A stretch of 64,000 bases of DNA from Elusimicrobiota bacterium. Lineage in GTDB: Bacteria; CG03; SLGR01; PWQF01. Shown here one piece after another: positions 26,549 to 36,779 of this stretch. The notes under the pieces were generated by a model that was given only the letters and a program-made list of their open reading frames with translations, was not told the DNA's origin and did no database searches. The position numbers and the translations under genes were made by a program. Each line of letters begins with the position of its first letter. Positions within the stretch are counted from its first letter, which is position 1. The DNA lies in NCBI GenBank assembly GCA_003557485.1, contig PWOI01000130.1, forward strand, positions 2,935 through 66,934, in the 5' to 3' direction.

Positions 26549-27130
26549 TTGGACCTTTGTCCTGAAGAACAATTCGAACATATAGAGTCCGACAAGCATT
26601 CAGCGGTATTCTATAAAAATCAGAGAGAACAGCTTGCCGTTGCCGTACCTTTTATAGTCAGGGGCCTTGAAGGGGGCGAAAAATGCATCTATATCACGTC
26701 TGAAAACACGGTAACCAAAATAGTGGAATCTATCCGCAGATCCTACAAAAAAGCCTCGGAAGCCCTTGAATCGAAACAGCTCAGCGTGGTTCTTGCAAGA
26801 GATTCGTATCTCAGAAAAGGAAATTTCGATCCTCAGACCTGCTATGATGATATCGAAGAATTTTACAATACGATGGAAAAAGAGAATTACCGCGGGCTCA
26901 GGTGCACGGGTGATATGGACTGGATATTTAAAAATTTTGAATTCCTCGGATCCCTGAGAGAATACGAAATAGGTTTAAATTCTCAGCTCGAAAAATATAA
27001 AAACATTACCCTTCTTTGCCAATATAATATGAAAGCCTACACAAACGAATACCTTAAAGACATGATCATGGTCCACTCATCTGTAATAAGCGGAGACTTC
27101 AGGGGAGGAATGTTTCCTTATCACTCGTAA
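26549..27130 (+). CDS. stand-alone MEDS-domain protein
   Basis: HSAVFYKNQREQLAVAVPFIVRGLEGGEKCIYI...LRCTGDMDW resembles the MEDS sensory domain. TTG start after GGAAGGAG. No fused kinase or HTH domain. Confidence 0.6.
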   Translation: MDLCPEEQFEHIESDKHSAVFYKNQREQLAVAVPFIVRGLEGGEKCIYITSENTVTKIVESIRRSYKKASEALESKQLSVVLARDSYLRKGNFDPQTCYDDIEEFYNTMEKENYRGLRCTGDMDWIFKNFEFLGSLREYEIGLNSQLEKYKNITLLCQYNMKAYTNEYLKDMIMVHSSVISGDFRGGMFPYHS

Positions 27131-27165
27131 CTTTCTCTTACCTCCCTATCCTTTCATTTATATTT

Positions 27166-27366
27166 TTATTCTTCTTCTTTTTTTTCTGCGCCGGGTTCTG
27201 TTTTGACTTCACTTGGGTTCAAAAAACGGGTAGCCACAAAATTGATCTGAAGCCCGGCGCTGTTGAATTCTTTTGTTTCTCCCGTAAGGGAATCTGTAAC
27301 AGTTCCCCTGTACTCCGGCTTTACTTCCTCAATCTCAAGGATGAATTTTCTTTTTTCTTCTGCCAT
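27166..27366 (-). CDS. small hypothetical protein (66 aa)
   Basis: Only ORF in this gap. ATG start. Charged termini. No recognisable motif. Confidence 0.35.
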   Translation of the reverse strand: MAEEKRKFILEIEEVKPEYRGTVTDSLTGETKEFNSAGLQINFVATRFLNPSEVKTEPGAEKKEEE

Positions 27367-27559
27367 TTTTCAGCTCCTTTTAGTTTTCACCTTTTCTCCT
27401 GCCGAAAAACTGCCTCTTTTAATTAAAAGACCTTTGTTATGCTGTTTTTACTATAGCAAATCAGAGGGTGGGGTTCAAATTTTTTGCATTAACCGCTAAT
27501 ATTTGTTAAGTATAAAGATGGGTAACTAAAGATGAAGTAGGAGATTAAATGGAGGTTCT

Positions 27560-28156
27560 ATGTTTTTAAAGACAATTGCAGCAGGATTTATTGCAGTAAT
27601 TTCTGCATCTTTTCCGCTGCAGGCCCAGGAAATGCAGATGATGCCGGCACAACAGCAGCCGGCGGATGAAGTTGTTGCAACAGTTGACGGGGAAGAAATA
27701 TATATGAGCGAGCTTGAAAATGCCGCTCAGACCCAGATGCTTGCTCTGCAGATGATGCAGATAGTCCCCCAATTCGGACAGTTTCTTCAAAGCGAATCCG
27801 GGCAGCATACGCTTGATGAGTACAGGAGATTTGTACTTGACAATGTAATTGACGAAAAGCTCCTGGCCCAGAAGGCCGGCCGAGAAGGAATAGAAGTATC
27901 GGAAGCTGAAATAGACGAACACTTTGACCGCCATATAAACAACATTAAAACACAGCACGGACTCACCGAAGAAGAACTTGCAAGCACGCTTCAGCAGCAG
28001 GGAATTTCATCCCTTGACGAGTATAAGGATATCTTTGTCGAACATTCTAATCTTGAAGAACAGAAGCTTCTTGAAGAAGCCGGTATCGAAGCTGACGGAC
28101 TGGAAGAATATGTTCATCAACTGCGGCAGGAAGCCGAAATAGAAATACGGCTTTAA
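27560..28156 (+). CDS. periplasmic SurA N-terminal-domain-like chaperone
   Basis: Signal peptide MFLKTIAAGFIAVISASFPLQA, then VVATVDGEEIYMSELENA... and helical Glu/Gln-rich segments as in SurA_N-type proteins. No parvulin domain. GGAGG Shine-Dalgarno. Confidence 0.65.
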   Translation: MFLKTIAAGFIAVISASFPLQAQEMQMMPAQQQPADEVVATVDGEEIYMSELENAAQTQMLALQMMQIVPQFGQFLQSESGQHTLDEYRRFVLDNVIDEKLLAQKAGREGIEVSEAEIDEHFDRHINNIKTQHGLTEEELASTLQQQGISSLDEYKDIFVEHSNLEEQKLLEEAGIEADGLEEYVHQLRQEAEIEIRL

Positions 28157-28217
28157 CCCTAAAAAAACATACGACTGAAACTATAAAAACAGCCGGAGCG
28201 CAAAACAGCCTTTATTG

Positions 28218-28246
28218 TTAACATTTAGGCTCTTTTGAGCTATAAT
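28218..28246 (+). promoter_or_regulatory. candidate promoter of tamB (TTAACA-17-TATAAT), -10 box 8 nt from the ATG
   Basis: TTAACA at 28218-28223, 17-nt spacer, TATAAT at 28241-28246, then ATAATAGT and the ATG at 28255. No Shine-Dalgarno. Confidence 0.5.
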
Positions 28247-28254
28247 ATAATAGT

Positions 28255-31200
28255 ATGGCTAAAAAAAGAAAACTACTTTTTCTATGCGTTCTCTTGCTTG
28301 TTTTAATACTGCTGCCGGCAATTTTATTTAGAGCTGCCGCTCCTTTTGTAAAGGAAGTATTTATAGAAGAGACCCGGAAGGCTACCGGACTGCAGCTTGA
28401 TATTGAAACACTGAGGCTGCAGTTCCCCGGCCTTATACAGGCTGAAGGAGTTAACCTGTCAGACAGAAACGGAGCTTCTCTTATTTCTGCAGGGACTATA
28501 AGAGCCAGTATATCACTTCCGGCTCTCGCCAGAAAGAATATCACGGTGACCCGCCTTTCTATTGACTCTCTTTTCCTGCATGATTCTCTTGCGGATTCTT
28601 TAACTGCCCCTGATAATGAAAAAGATGCTTCCAAAGCAGGCCCCTTTATTTCTATAAACAATATTTCCCTGACAAATTCTGCCTTTTTTATAAGCGGCCG
28701 TAAAACGGAAATAGAAATAGGAAGGGGTAACTTGACTTACAACCCTGACAGCAATATGGATATTTTTCTGGATTCCGTATCTCTGTCAGGGGCCGGGAGT
28801 AAAGCCGAAGTTCAGACCCTTAAAGCCTCACTGAATATGTCCGGAAACTTTCCCGGAATCAGGAACCTTCTGGTTGAAACTGAAGGGCTCAAGGCTTCAG
28901 GAAGTCTTTACTCTGAAACGGAAAAAGGTGAAATGAACGGTTATTTTGAAGCCGGTGGACGCCTTGAAACTCTGAGGGACCTGGCTATTTCCGTTGCGCA
29001 TATTAATCTGCCGGAACTTAAAGGCAACTTCAAACTGCTTTCAGATATATCCGGGACCCTTCAGTTGCCATATGCAACCGCTGAGCTCTACTTTGAAGAA
29101 TTTTCGTCTGGAGGCAGGCTGTTTTCTGCACTTGAAATTAATGCGTTAGCGGATGGGTCTCATATAAATCTTGAGAAGGCGGAAATCACCGGAATCCATG
29201 GAGAAAAAGCCTTTCTTTCCGGGAAATATGATCTTTATTCTCATTTGGCAGATAATTTTCAACTAAAAATATATCAAGCTCCGGCAGACGGTTCGTTCAG
29301 GATCCCGGGTTCTCCCGAAGAAATTGAGGGGGGATTAATAAACGCCTCTCTTGTTTTTTCCGGACCGGCAGGAGAACCGCAGCTTTGGGATTCGGCAGGA
29401 AATTTCAGCTTAACCGCCGCCCGTTTAAGCGGAAAGGAGCTTCCCGGAGTAACCGGAGATTTCCTGTTCAGGGAATCAGCCGGAAACCTGAAAATTAAAT
29501 CTGATTACGCCTTTATCGACGCCCGGGTCAAATACGGCAATCCTGTATTTGAAGGCGGTTATAACCTTAAAGTTGAGGAAATAGAAAGCCTTCTCATTTA
29601 CGCGGGTATTGAAGATATTTCCGGAAGTTTGGATATTTCCGGCAGTTTTAATTACTCCCGGGGAGACTTCCGGGCCACCTCCGAAATAGAAAAGGCGCAA
29701 CTCCTTTACAGTTCCATTCCCCTTAATATTGAAAGCGGGAAAATATTCCTGGACAGAAGCGGTGTTTCATTCAGAGATATTACCGGTAGGGGAAAATTTA
29801 TCATTGAGGACTCCCCTTTTCTATCAGAGACCGAACCGCGGCTTGGCGGCTATATGTCATATGTCTTTACGGCCCATGGCAGCACCGATGACCCGAAAGC
29901 AGAATTTGAAATAATACTGGCGGACCCTCTCTTTGATACTTTTAATGCAGACGAATTTTACTTCTCCGGTAGTTACGGAAACGCATTACTTGAAATTTCC
30001 TCATTTTACTTGAAAAAGGGGCGTTTTCTTGTACTCTCTGAAAGTTCCTTTCACCCCATCTCTATGAAAGGAAATATGGAAATGCTTACATTTAGAACGC
30101 CTATTGCGGATTTACCCGAAGGCCAAGAACTTTTTGATAAAGCTATCAGAGATTTTGAAAGAGCCGGAAAATCTTCATTTTCTTTTGATTTACAACGTGA
30201 AGAGGATATTTTTCTACATTATTCAGAAGAATCATTTGATATTGAAACCGGCGCCGAGTTATTAGAACTACCCTATCCGCTGGAGGGCAAGTTAAGTGCA
30301 GATATTCTTTTCAGGGGCAGCGCCTACGACCCTGAAATAAAGGCCACTGTCTCCATTGAAGACTCAACCATCAACGGAACAGCTATAACAAACGCTTTTA
30401 TTGACGCACAACTACGGGAAGGAATTGTATCGGTAAAAGAATTTAATCTTGCAGGCCCGCGGTCGGGAAAAGTGCAGGGAAAATTTTCATTTAAGGCCCG
30501 GGATATTGCAGGCGGTGTTTTTTTCCCGGATATAAACCATTACTCCGAGGGGACACTTTTAATAGAACAGCTGGATGCTACTCTTCTGAATTTTTTTACC
30601 AGGGAAGATGCTGTTGCTTCCGGTTCAGTCTCTGCAACCCTTGAGTGGCGCGGCCTGCCGGTAAGCCCGGCAGCGGAAGGTTTTATACGACTTGAAGATT
30701 TCACCGTAATAGCCGGAGACGAAAAAATTCCGGATATCAGCCTGTATGCTTATTTCAGTGAGCGCAAGCTTTTACTTGAAAATTTTTCAGCTACTCTAAA
30801 TAATAATCCGCTTACCGCGGCCGGTACTGTGGAATACCCCTCAAGAGACCGTTATTTATGGGACCTTGCCATTAAAATCGCAGGAGAAGAGAGAGCTCTT
30901 CTTACCGGTACAATAGAAAATAGCCGAATAGAGGCTCTATGCAGAATAATGTCACTTAATCTTGCAGATTTTTCCGGGTATCTTCCCGTTGAAAAACCGG
31001 AAGGCAGAGTGAGTGCGGATATAAAGATTGAAGGTTTTCAGGAGTCTCCCGAAATTTACGGTAATCTTAGGGCCACCAGGCTGGCCGGAAATATAGAGGC
31101 CCTAAAACATCCTATTTCCGGCGGCGCTGCTGACATATTATTTAACAGGAATGAAATTGAAATAAGAAGAATTTTTGCGCGCTCCGGACGAGGGGTAATA

Positions 31201-32268
31201 AATGCCTCCGGCCGAATAACACATAAAAATGCTTCGCCCCAGAGCTCAGACATATCACTAAACGCATCCGCTCTGGAAGTAGAATTAGATAATATAGGAA
31301 ATGGGATTGTAAGTCTTGCCGATCTAGGTTTCAAAGGAGAAGAAGGCCTTTTTGTTTTAAACGGGGAAGTTCATATGTCGGAGTTTTTTGTTACTGCCGA
31401 CGAACATTCAGCCGCTAGGAGAGAAGTTTCGGACGGATTCACGGAACAAATACAACTTGCCCTGGCCCTGCACACCGGCCGCAATATGTGGGTATATAAC
31501 CAGGCAGGAAGAATTCGCCTTGACGGACAGCTTAGGGCGGCAGGTACTGCAGCAAGGCCTGTTCTTACGGGAAGAATAGAAACAAAAGAAGGATATGTAA
31601 TGTACCTGGACAGAAAATTCAACATAGCCGACGGATATGTTGATTTTGACGGAAGGCCTGAAAATATTCCATATATAGATGTCAGCGCCCGGACAAGGGT
31701 CAGGAGCCTGCGGCAGGTTGAAGACCGCCCTTACGATATTACTTTAAGGGCCACCGGCTATGTAAATGACATACAGATATATCTGACTTCGAGACCGCAT
31801 CTGGAGTTTGCAGACATCGTTTCCCTTCTGACTTTCGGAGCAACCAGAACCCAGATGACTGAAAGCGAAAGACTGCTTACCCTTAGGGCCGAAGAACTTG
31901 CAAGCGTAAGGGTTGCCGGCTATATCTCCGCTTATGCAGGGAATATGCTTAACCTTGATGTAGTCGTTATTGATGGTAATGTATTCAGGGCAGGTTCTCC
32001 GCACGGACCACGGATACAGGCGCAGAAAGGAATTTCAGAGAATATAGCGCTGGCATACGTAGGGAACCTCAGCCCCGAGGACAGCGCGCTGGTTGCAAGG
32101 CGGGCAGCAGGACGTACGGAAATAATCTACACCGAAGGAATAGGCCGCACCGAGCAGCAGAAACTTCAGCTGAGATACAGCCTGACTCCGTCCCTTGCAG
32201 CCGAAGCTCTCACCGATCACACCGGCCGGTCTAACATCGGGCTTAAATACAGCATATGGATACCGTGA
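28255..32268 (+). CDS. tamB: translocation and assembly module protein TamB (DUF490 family)
   Basis: N-terminal membrane anchor (LLFLCVLLLVLILLPAILF). 1337 aa of repetitive beta-rich sequence. C-terminal DUF490-like end (...QKLQLRYSLTPSLAAEALTD...IGLKYSIWIP). Overlaps the Omp85 gene by 13 nt. Confidence 0.85.
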   Translation: MAKKRKLLFLCVLLLVLILLPAILFRAAAPFVKEVFIEETRKATGLQLDIETLRLQFPGLIQAEGVNLSDRNGASLISAGTIRASISLPALARKNITVTRLSIDSLFLHDSLADSLTAPDNEKDASKAGPFISINNISLTNSAFFISGRKTEIEIGRGNLTYNPDSNMDIFLDSVSLSGAGSKAEVQTLKASLNMSGNFPGIRNLLVETEGLKASGSLYSETEKGEMNGYFEAGGRLETLRDLAISVAHINLPELKGNFKLLSDISGTLQLPYATAELYFEEFSSGGRLFSALEINALADGSHINLEKAEITGIHGEKAFLSGKYDLYSHLADNFQLKIYQAPADGSFRIPGSPEEIEGGLINASLVFSGPAGEPQLWDSAGNFSLTAARLSGKELPGVTGDFLFRESAGNLKIKSDYAFIDARVKYGNPVFEGGYNLKVEEIESLLIYAGIEDISGSLDISGSFNYSRGDFRATSEIEKAQLLYSSIPLNIESGKIFLDRSGVSFRDITGRGKFIIEDSPFLSETEPRLGGYMSYVFTAHGSTDDPKAEFEIILADPLFDTFNADEFYFSGSYGNALLEISSFYLKKGRFLVLSESSFHPISMKGNMEMLTFRTPIADLPEGQELFDKAIRDFERAGKSSFSFDLQREEDIFLHYSEESFDIETGAELLELPYPLEGKLSADILFRGSAYDPEIKATVSIEDSTINGTAITNAFIDAQLREGIVSVKEFNLAGPRSGKVQGKFSFKARDIAGGVFFPDINHYSEGTLLIEQLDATLLNFFTREDAVASGSVSATLEWRGLPVSPAAEGFIRLEDFTVIAGDEKIPDISLYAYFSERKLLLENFSATLNNNPLTAAGTVEYPSRDRYLWDLAIKIAGEERALLTGTIENSRIEALCRIMSLNLADFSGYLPVEKPEGRVSADIKIEGFQESPEIYGNLRATRLAGNIEALKHPISGGAADILFNRNEIEIRRIFARSGRGVINASGRITHKNASPQSSDISLNASALEVELDNIGNGIVSLADLGFKGEEGLFVLNGEVHMSEFFVTADEHSAARREVSDGFTEQIQLALALHTGRNMWVYNQAGRIRLDGQLRAAGTAARPVLTGRIETKEGYVMYLDRKFNIADGYVDFDGRPENIPYIDVSARTRVRSLRQVEDRPYDITLRATGYVNDIQIYLTSRPHLEFADIVSLLTFGATRTQMTESERLLTLRAEELASVRVAGYISAYAGNMLNLDVVVIDGNVFRAGSPHGPRIQAQKGISENIALAYVGNLSPEDSALVARRAAGRTEIIYTEGIGRTEQQKLQLRYSLTPSLAAEALTDHTGRSNIGLKYSIWIP

Positions 32269-34031
32269 AGACTTTTTTAATTTTTATTATCATTACAGCG
32301 TTTTTTGCATCAACTCCGGCAAAAAGTTATGCCGCAAGGCCTAAAATTACCCGGGTTTCTTTTGAGGGAAACGAAGTCTATTCCGATCGCGCATTACGCC
32401 GTATGATAGTCACGAGAAAATCTTCTCTATTTAAAACAAGACGCCTTTTCCGTGAAGTGCTTAAAGAAGATATTAGAAAAATACTCACTTTTTACCAGAA
32501 CAACGGATACCTGGCATCTGAAGTCCGCGAAGAAACTTCGATTGAACCGGAGAAAAATGAGGCAAACGTAACTATAAAAATAAATGAAGGAGAACGTTTT
32601 ACTGTTTCAACAGTAATGACCCTGGGAAACGAGTTTTATTCTGATAGTAAACTCTTTGAAAAAGCAGGTATCAACCCTGGTGATTACTTTACAAAAAGTA
32701 AACTTGACGCAGCAACTTCGCGCATACTTTCAACCTACTCGGATAACGGCTTCAGTGATGTTGAACTCAATACCGATCTCAATGTAAACCATCTGCACAA
32801 TACGGTATCGGTGGATTTTTTCATTATTGAAAGAGACCGTTACCGCATATCGGATGTATTAATACGGGGCAATATTAAAACACGTCCCTCGGTACTGAAA
32901 CGCGAATTAACTTTCAGGAAGGGAGAGTATGTAAATTTTTCGAGAATATTCAGATCAAGGCAGAATCTTTTGAGAACAGGGCTTTTCAGGTCGGTTTTCA
33001 TTAACCATATCCCGGCAATCTCGGAGCACGAAAGCCCCAAAAAAGATATAGTTGTGCAGGTCGAGGAAAGAGACTCCATAGAACTGGCGGCTTCGGCGGG
33101 ATATGACACTCGGGAGCATTTCTGGCAGCAGGCGGAAATAACCAACCGGAATCTTTACGGAACAGCGCGCAGGGGGGGGATTGTCCTGCGGAGAAGCTCT
33201 ATCGAAAAAAAAGCAGAGGCTTCCTTAAGCTCTCCCTGGACATTCGGCATGCCATTGCTTCTGGACCTTAATTTATTTTATGGATATACAAAGGAACCGG
33301 GATTTGAGGTTGTTGAGGCCGGAGGCGGCGCTGCACTGAGCAGAGCATTCATGGAAACTGTCCGGGTTATGCTGTCTTATGATCACAAGGTATCAGAGTT
33401 CCGCAGAATAGAAAGAGACGCCTTCACCAAAAAAAGAGTCTCAAAAAATATAATAACCCTGCAGGGCACCCATGACACACGCGACAGCCTTTTTTATCCC
33501 GGCAAAGGAACTTATGCTAGACTTAAGAACGAACTTATGTTCGGGGAAATATCATTTCTCAGGACCTCCGCGGACGCAAGGATTTTTCATCCCGTAACAC
33601 CGTCTATTGTAGGCGGATCGGCCCTCAGATACTCGGTAATATTCAGCAATCTCGAATCGCGGGAGATCCCTCCCGATGAACGCCTTTATACCGGCGGGCC
33701 TTATTCGGTAAGAGGGTTTAAATATCATTCGCTGGGCCCGCTTGACTACAGGTCAAAACCTGTCGGGGGAAAAGCCAGCCTGGTATGGAATATAGCCGAA
33801 GCCCGGATGAACCTCTACAAGAGCTTGGGCCTGACGGCATTTGCCGACGCTGGCAATGTCTGGCAGACTATCGAAGAAACAGACCTTACTGACTTAAGAA
33901 CCTCCGCGGGAGGCGGCTTACTTTTGACTCTTCCCTTCGGAGTTTTCCGTCTTGAATATTCACTTAACCTTGACAGAAAAAAAGGGGAAACCCCCGGCAT
34001 TTTGTTTTTCGGCTCAGGAATGGTCTTCTAA
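32256..34031 (+). CDS. Omp85-family outer-membrane assembly protein (TamA/BamA-like)
   Basis: Signal peptide. POTRA-like repeats (ITRVSFEGNEVYSD...; YRISDVLIRGNIKTRPSVLKREL). C-terminal barrel with YTGGPYSVRGF and a terminal ...GSGMVF. Confidence 0.9.
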   Translation: MDTVKTFLIFIIITAFFASTPAKSYAARPKITRVSFEGNEVYSDRALRRMIVTRKSSLFKTRRLFREVLKEDIRKILTFYQNNGYLASEVREETSIEPEKNEANVTIKINEGERFTVSTVMTLGNEFYSDSKLFEKAGINPGDYFTKSKLDAATSRILSTYSDNGFSDVELNTDLNVNHLHNTVSVDFFIIERDRYRISDVLIRGNIKTRPSVLKRELTFRKGEYVNFSRIFRSRQNLLRTGLFRSVFINHIPAISEHESPKKDIVVQVEERDSIELAASAGYDTREHFWQQAEITNRNLYGTARRGGIVLRRSSIEKKAEASLSSPWTFGMPLLLDLNLFYGYTKEPGFEVVEAGGGAALSRAFMETVRVMLSYDHKVSEFRRIERDAFTKKRVSKNIITLQGTHDTRDSLFYPGKGTYARLKNELMFGEISFLRTSADARIFHPVTPSIVGGSALRYSVIFSNLESREIPPDERLYTGGPYSVRGFKYHSLGPLDYRSKPVGGKASLVWNIAEARMNLYKSLGLTAFADAGNVWQTIEETDLTDLRTSAGGGLLLTLPFGVFRLEYSLNLDRKKGETPGILFFGSGMVF

Positions 34032-34094
34032 ATTATTTAACAAGTTAAACTCAGAGGTGATTTTTTTATTGTTTTATATTATTATAATATCGTT

Positions 34095-34682
34095 ATGGAC
34101 AAAGTAAATAGCTTATTTCAGGATATATGCACAGATAAGAGACATGTAAACCCGCGGACTCTCAACCATGTCATAGAGCTTGCGGTGGAAATAGCAAGAG
34201 AAGGCCGGGAGGGACGCAAGGTTGGAACCATATTTCTTGTCGGAGACACTGAGAATACAATTAAAAGGTCAAGATGCCTGATACTTGACCCGCTCAAAGG
34301 ACATCCCCCAGCTTCAAAGAAAATAAGTGATCCCAATATGCGGGAAACCCTTAAAGAACTTGCGCAGCTAGATGGCTCTTTTATAATATCAGACGACGGC
34401 ATTGTTCTATCAGCAGCGCGCTATATCAATGCCTCTTTCGAGGGAATAAACCTTCCGCTAGGGCTGGGAGGCAGACACCTGGCCGGGGCATCCATATCCA
34501 GGGAAACCGGGTGCGTTGCAATTGTGGTTTCGGAAAGTTCCATAGTCCGGATAATAGATGACGGGGAAATCGTTTCCGAAATAATACCCGAACTCTGGAT
34601 GCTTAAGGATACCAGCCTGCATATGAAGGGGCCGCTTAAGCACAGGACCAAAGACAACGTAAGGGTAATCAGCAGGAAATAG
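34095..34682 (+). CDS. soluble DisA_N/diadenylate-cyclase-domain protein with divergent catalytic motifs
   Basis: GTIFLVGD...LAQLDGSFIISDDG...GLGGRHLAGASISRETGCVAIVVSESS aligns with the DAC domain, but has DGS for DGA and GRHL for TRHR. No TM helices. TATAAT lies 6 nt upstream of the ATG. Confidence 0.65.
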   Translation: MDKVNSLFQDICTDKRHVNPRTLNHVIELAVEIAREGREGRKVGTIFLVGDTENTIKRSRCLILDPLKGHPPASKKISDPNMRETLKELAQLDGSFIISDDGIVLSAARYINASFEGINLPLGLGGRHLAGASISRETGCVAIVVSESSIVRIIDDGEIVSEIIPELWMLKDTSLHMKGPLKHRTKDNVRVISRK

Positions 34683-35050
34683 TGTATTTTGAAGACTTCG
34701 AGAAGGAAGTATCTCTTGCCGTAAAACGGTTGCCTTCCAAGTACCGGGCCATTCTTGACAGAGAAGAGATAAAAATAATACCCAGGGAAAAAGTGCCCCT
34801 CAAAATCCGGGAAGCCTATCCCGGAAGTATTGTTTTCGGCGTTTTTACCGGCACTTCATTAAAGGACCGCAGCGTAAATTACGCTTATCCCGAACCTACA
34901 AGAATAGAGATTTACATGGAAAGTTTCGAAAACGCCTATGGAAACGAGTTGTCGGACAAAGTCAGAGAGAGAATATACAGGACCGTAATTCACGAGATTG
35001 CCCATTACTTCGGATTTGACGAAGACGAGGTCCGGGCCCGCGGCTACTGA
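34682..35050 (+). CDS. small zincin-like metallopeptidase-family protein
   Basis: HEIAHYFG (HExxH) near the C-terminus in a 122-aa protein. GTG start overlaps the upstream stop (TAGTG). Confidence 0.65.
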   Translation: MYFEDFEKEVSLAVKRLPSKYRAILDREEIKIIPREKVPLKIREAYPGSIVFGVFTGTSLKDRSVNYAYPEPTRIEIYMESFENAYGNELSDKVRERIYRTVIHEIAHYFGFDEDEVRARGY

Positions 35051-35054
35051 ACTG

Positions 35055-35813
35055 TCAGTGGTGAGTCAGCAGGTCTACCAGAAACATTGCAACTATACCC
35101 AACAGGAAAACTCCCAGGGTTATAAGACTTTTATGCATCTTCCCGCATCTTTGTATTTCAGGTATAAGGTCGGCAGCGCCTATGTAGATAAAGCCACCCG
35201 CTGCAAACGGTACTACGTAAGCGGGATTTAAGATACCCGCGCTGAAGTATGCAGTAATGCCTCCGGCAACGATAATCAGGGAAACCCCGAAATTTACCGT
35301 AAGAGCCTTCATTCTCTCCCACCCGCCGTATACGAGTATGCCGTAATTTCCAAGTTCCTGCGGAAGTTCATGCGCGGCAACCGCTATGGAGGTAGTTATT
35401 CCCAGGGGTATATTTACAAGAAATGCAGCTCCGACAAGGATGCCGTCTACAAAATTATGTATACCGTTGGCAACAAGTATCATTATTGAAAAAGGCGTTT
35501 TAGTATGTTCTGAAGGAGTCCTGTGACAGTGGTGCCAGTGCAGATACTGCTCCAGTATGAAAAAAAAGACAAACCCTGCCAGTATTAAAAGCGGTCCCGC
35601 GGAACTGTGCCCGTGTCCGCACGTCGTATTGTGCAGGGCCTCCGGTATAAGATGAATAAAGGAAACCCCTATCAGGGTTCCTGCAGCAAATGCAACAAGC
35701 AGGTTAAGAAGCTTTTTGAAAGATTCTTCCTTAAGGGCAAAAGTAAATATACCTACCCAGGCCAGTATCGCAATTAAAAACGTTGATCCTGTAATCCAAA
35801 GCAGTTCTTTCAT
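35055..35813 (-). CDS. zupT: ZIP-family divalent metal transporter (ZupT-like)
   Basis: [13 protein letters not shown] and [14 protein letters not shown] signature motifs. His-rich loop ([10 protein letters not shown]; HWHHCH). 8 TM segments. Confidence 0.88.
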   Translation of the reverse strand: MKELLWITGSTFLIAILAWVGIFTFALKEESFKKLLNLLVAFAAGTLIGVSFIHLIPEALHNTTCGHGHSSAGPLLILAGFVFFFILEQYLHWHHCHRTPSEHTKTPFSIMILVANGIHNFVDGILVGAAFLVNIPLGITTSIAVAAHELPQELGNYGILVYGGWERMKALTVNFGVSLIIVAGGITAYFSAGILNPAYVVPFAAGGFIYIGAADLIPEIQRCGKMHKSLITLGVFLLGIVAMFLVDLLTHH

Positions 35814-35951
35814 ATTCGGCCTCCATTTACGTTAACCATTCCTGACGGGATGCATATATTCTATACGCGGAGAGCGACTCTGTCAAATCCACGGTCTTGC
35901 AGGAAACGCTTCAATTAATTAAAATAATATAAGTAAAAGGAGATTATTCAC

Positions 35952-36197
35952 ATGCAGTACATAATAATATTCATATTACTGTTGCTTATAGGAGCAGCTG
36001 CGGCATATTTTCTGGCCTCTTCCCCTAACAAGGAAACGCGCCTGAGAAACAGGTATATCTGTCTTTCCAGCCAGCCTCCCAATATAGCGCAGGAAACTCT
36101 CAATGAAGAAATCAAAAGACTGAGAAAAAAACATCCGGGTAGAGGTATTAACTGGTACCTGGAAAAAATCATATACGATATGCAGAAGGACAGGTAA
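35952..36197 (+). CDS. small single-TM hypothetical protein
   Basis: AAGGAG Shine-Dalgarno. N-terminal TM (IIIFILLLLIGAAAAYFL). Basic C-terminal region. Stop abuts the nitroreductase start. Confidence 0.4.
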   Translation: MQYIIIFILLLLIGAAAAYFLASSPNKETRLRNRYICLSSQPPNIAQETLNEEIKRLRKKHPGRGINWYLEKIIYDMQKDR

Positions 36198-36779
36198 ATG
36201 GATTTCAGCAGGCTTGTAGAGCAGCGCCGCAGCTGCAGAAAATATTTACCCTCTCCGGTTGAAAGAGAAAAACTCCAAAGGTGTCTTCAGGCGGCGCGCC
36301 TCTCTCCTTCGGCATGCAACGCTCAGCCCTGGCGTTTTATTGTCCTTGATGAAAAAGATGCCAGGGAAAATCTTGCAGAGGCCGCCTGTTCGGGAATATA
36401 CCGTATGAGCAAGTTTATAAAATCCGCACCTGTAATTATAGCTGTATGCGCGGACGTGAAAAGTTTTGCCTCAAAAGCCGGGTCGTTTGTAAGAGGTACC
36501 AATTTTTACCTTATTGATATCGGCATAGCCTGCCAGAATCTTGTTCTTCAGTCCACCGAAGATGGCCTCGGCACCTGTTATATAGGCTGGTTCAATGAAA
36601 GGAAAGTCAAAAAAGCGCTAGGCCTGGGCAAGAAAATAAAAATCCCGCTCCTCATATCAATGGGTTACCCGGAAGACCGGCATACCGAAAAAGATCCCAT
36701 AAGGCGCCGCGCCGGAGGAGATAAAAGAAAACCCATCGAGGAAATTGTAAGTTACAACCCCCCGGCCGAAGATTTTTAG
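36198..36779 (+). CDS. nitroreductase-family protein
   Basis: RRSCRKY...[15 protein letters not shown] and a ...GYP... C-terminal pattern typical of the NADH oxidase/nitroreductase fold. Confidence 0.85.
   Translation: MDFSRLVEQRRSCRKYLPSPVEREKLQRCLQAARLSPSACNAQPWRFIVLDEKDARENLAEAACSGIYRMSKFIKSAPVIIAVCADVKSFASKAGSFVRGTNFYLIDIGIACQNLVLQSTEDGLGTCYIGWFNERKVKKALGLGKKIKIPLLISMGYPEDRHTEKDPIRRRAGGDKRKPIEEIVSYNPPAEDF

Noticed and set aside
28218-28661. 147-aa minus-strand ORF across the tamB start
   Set aside because: It overlaps the tamB promoter and N-terminal anchor region in antisense. It has no motif and no Shine-Dalgarno.
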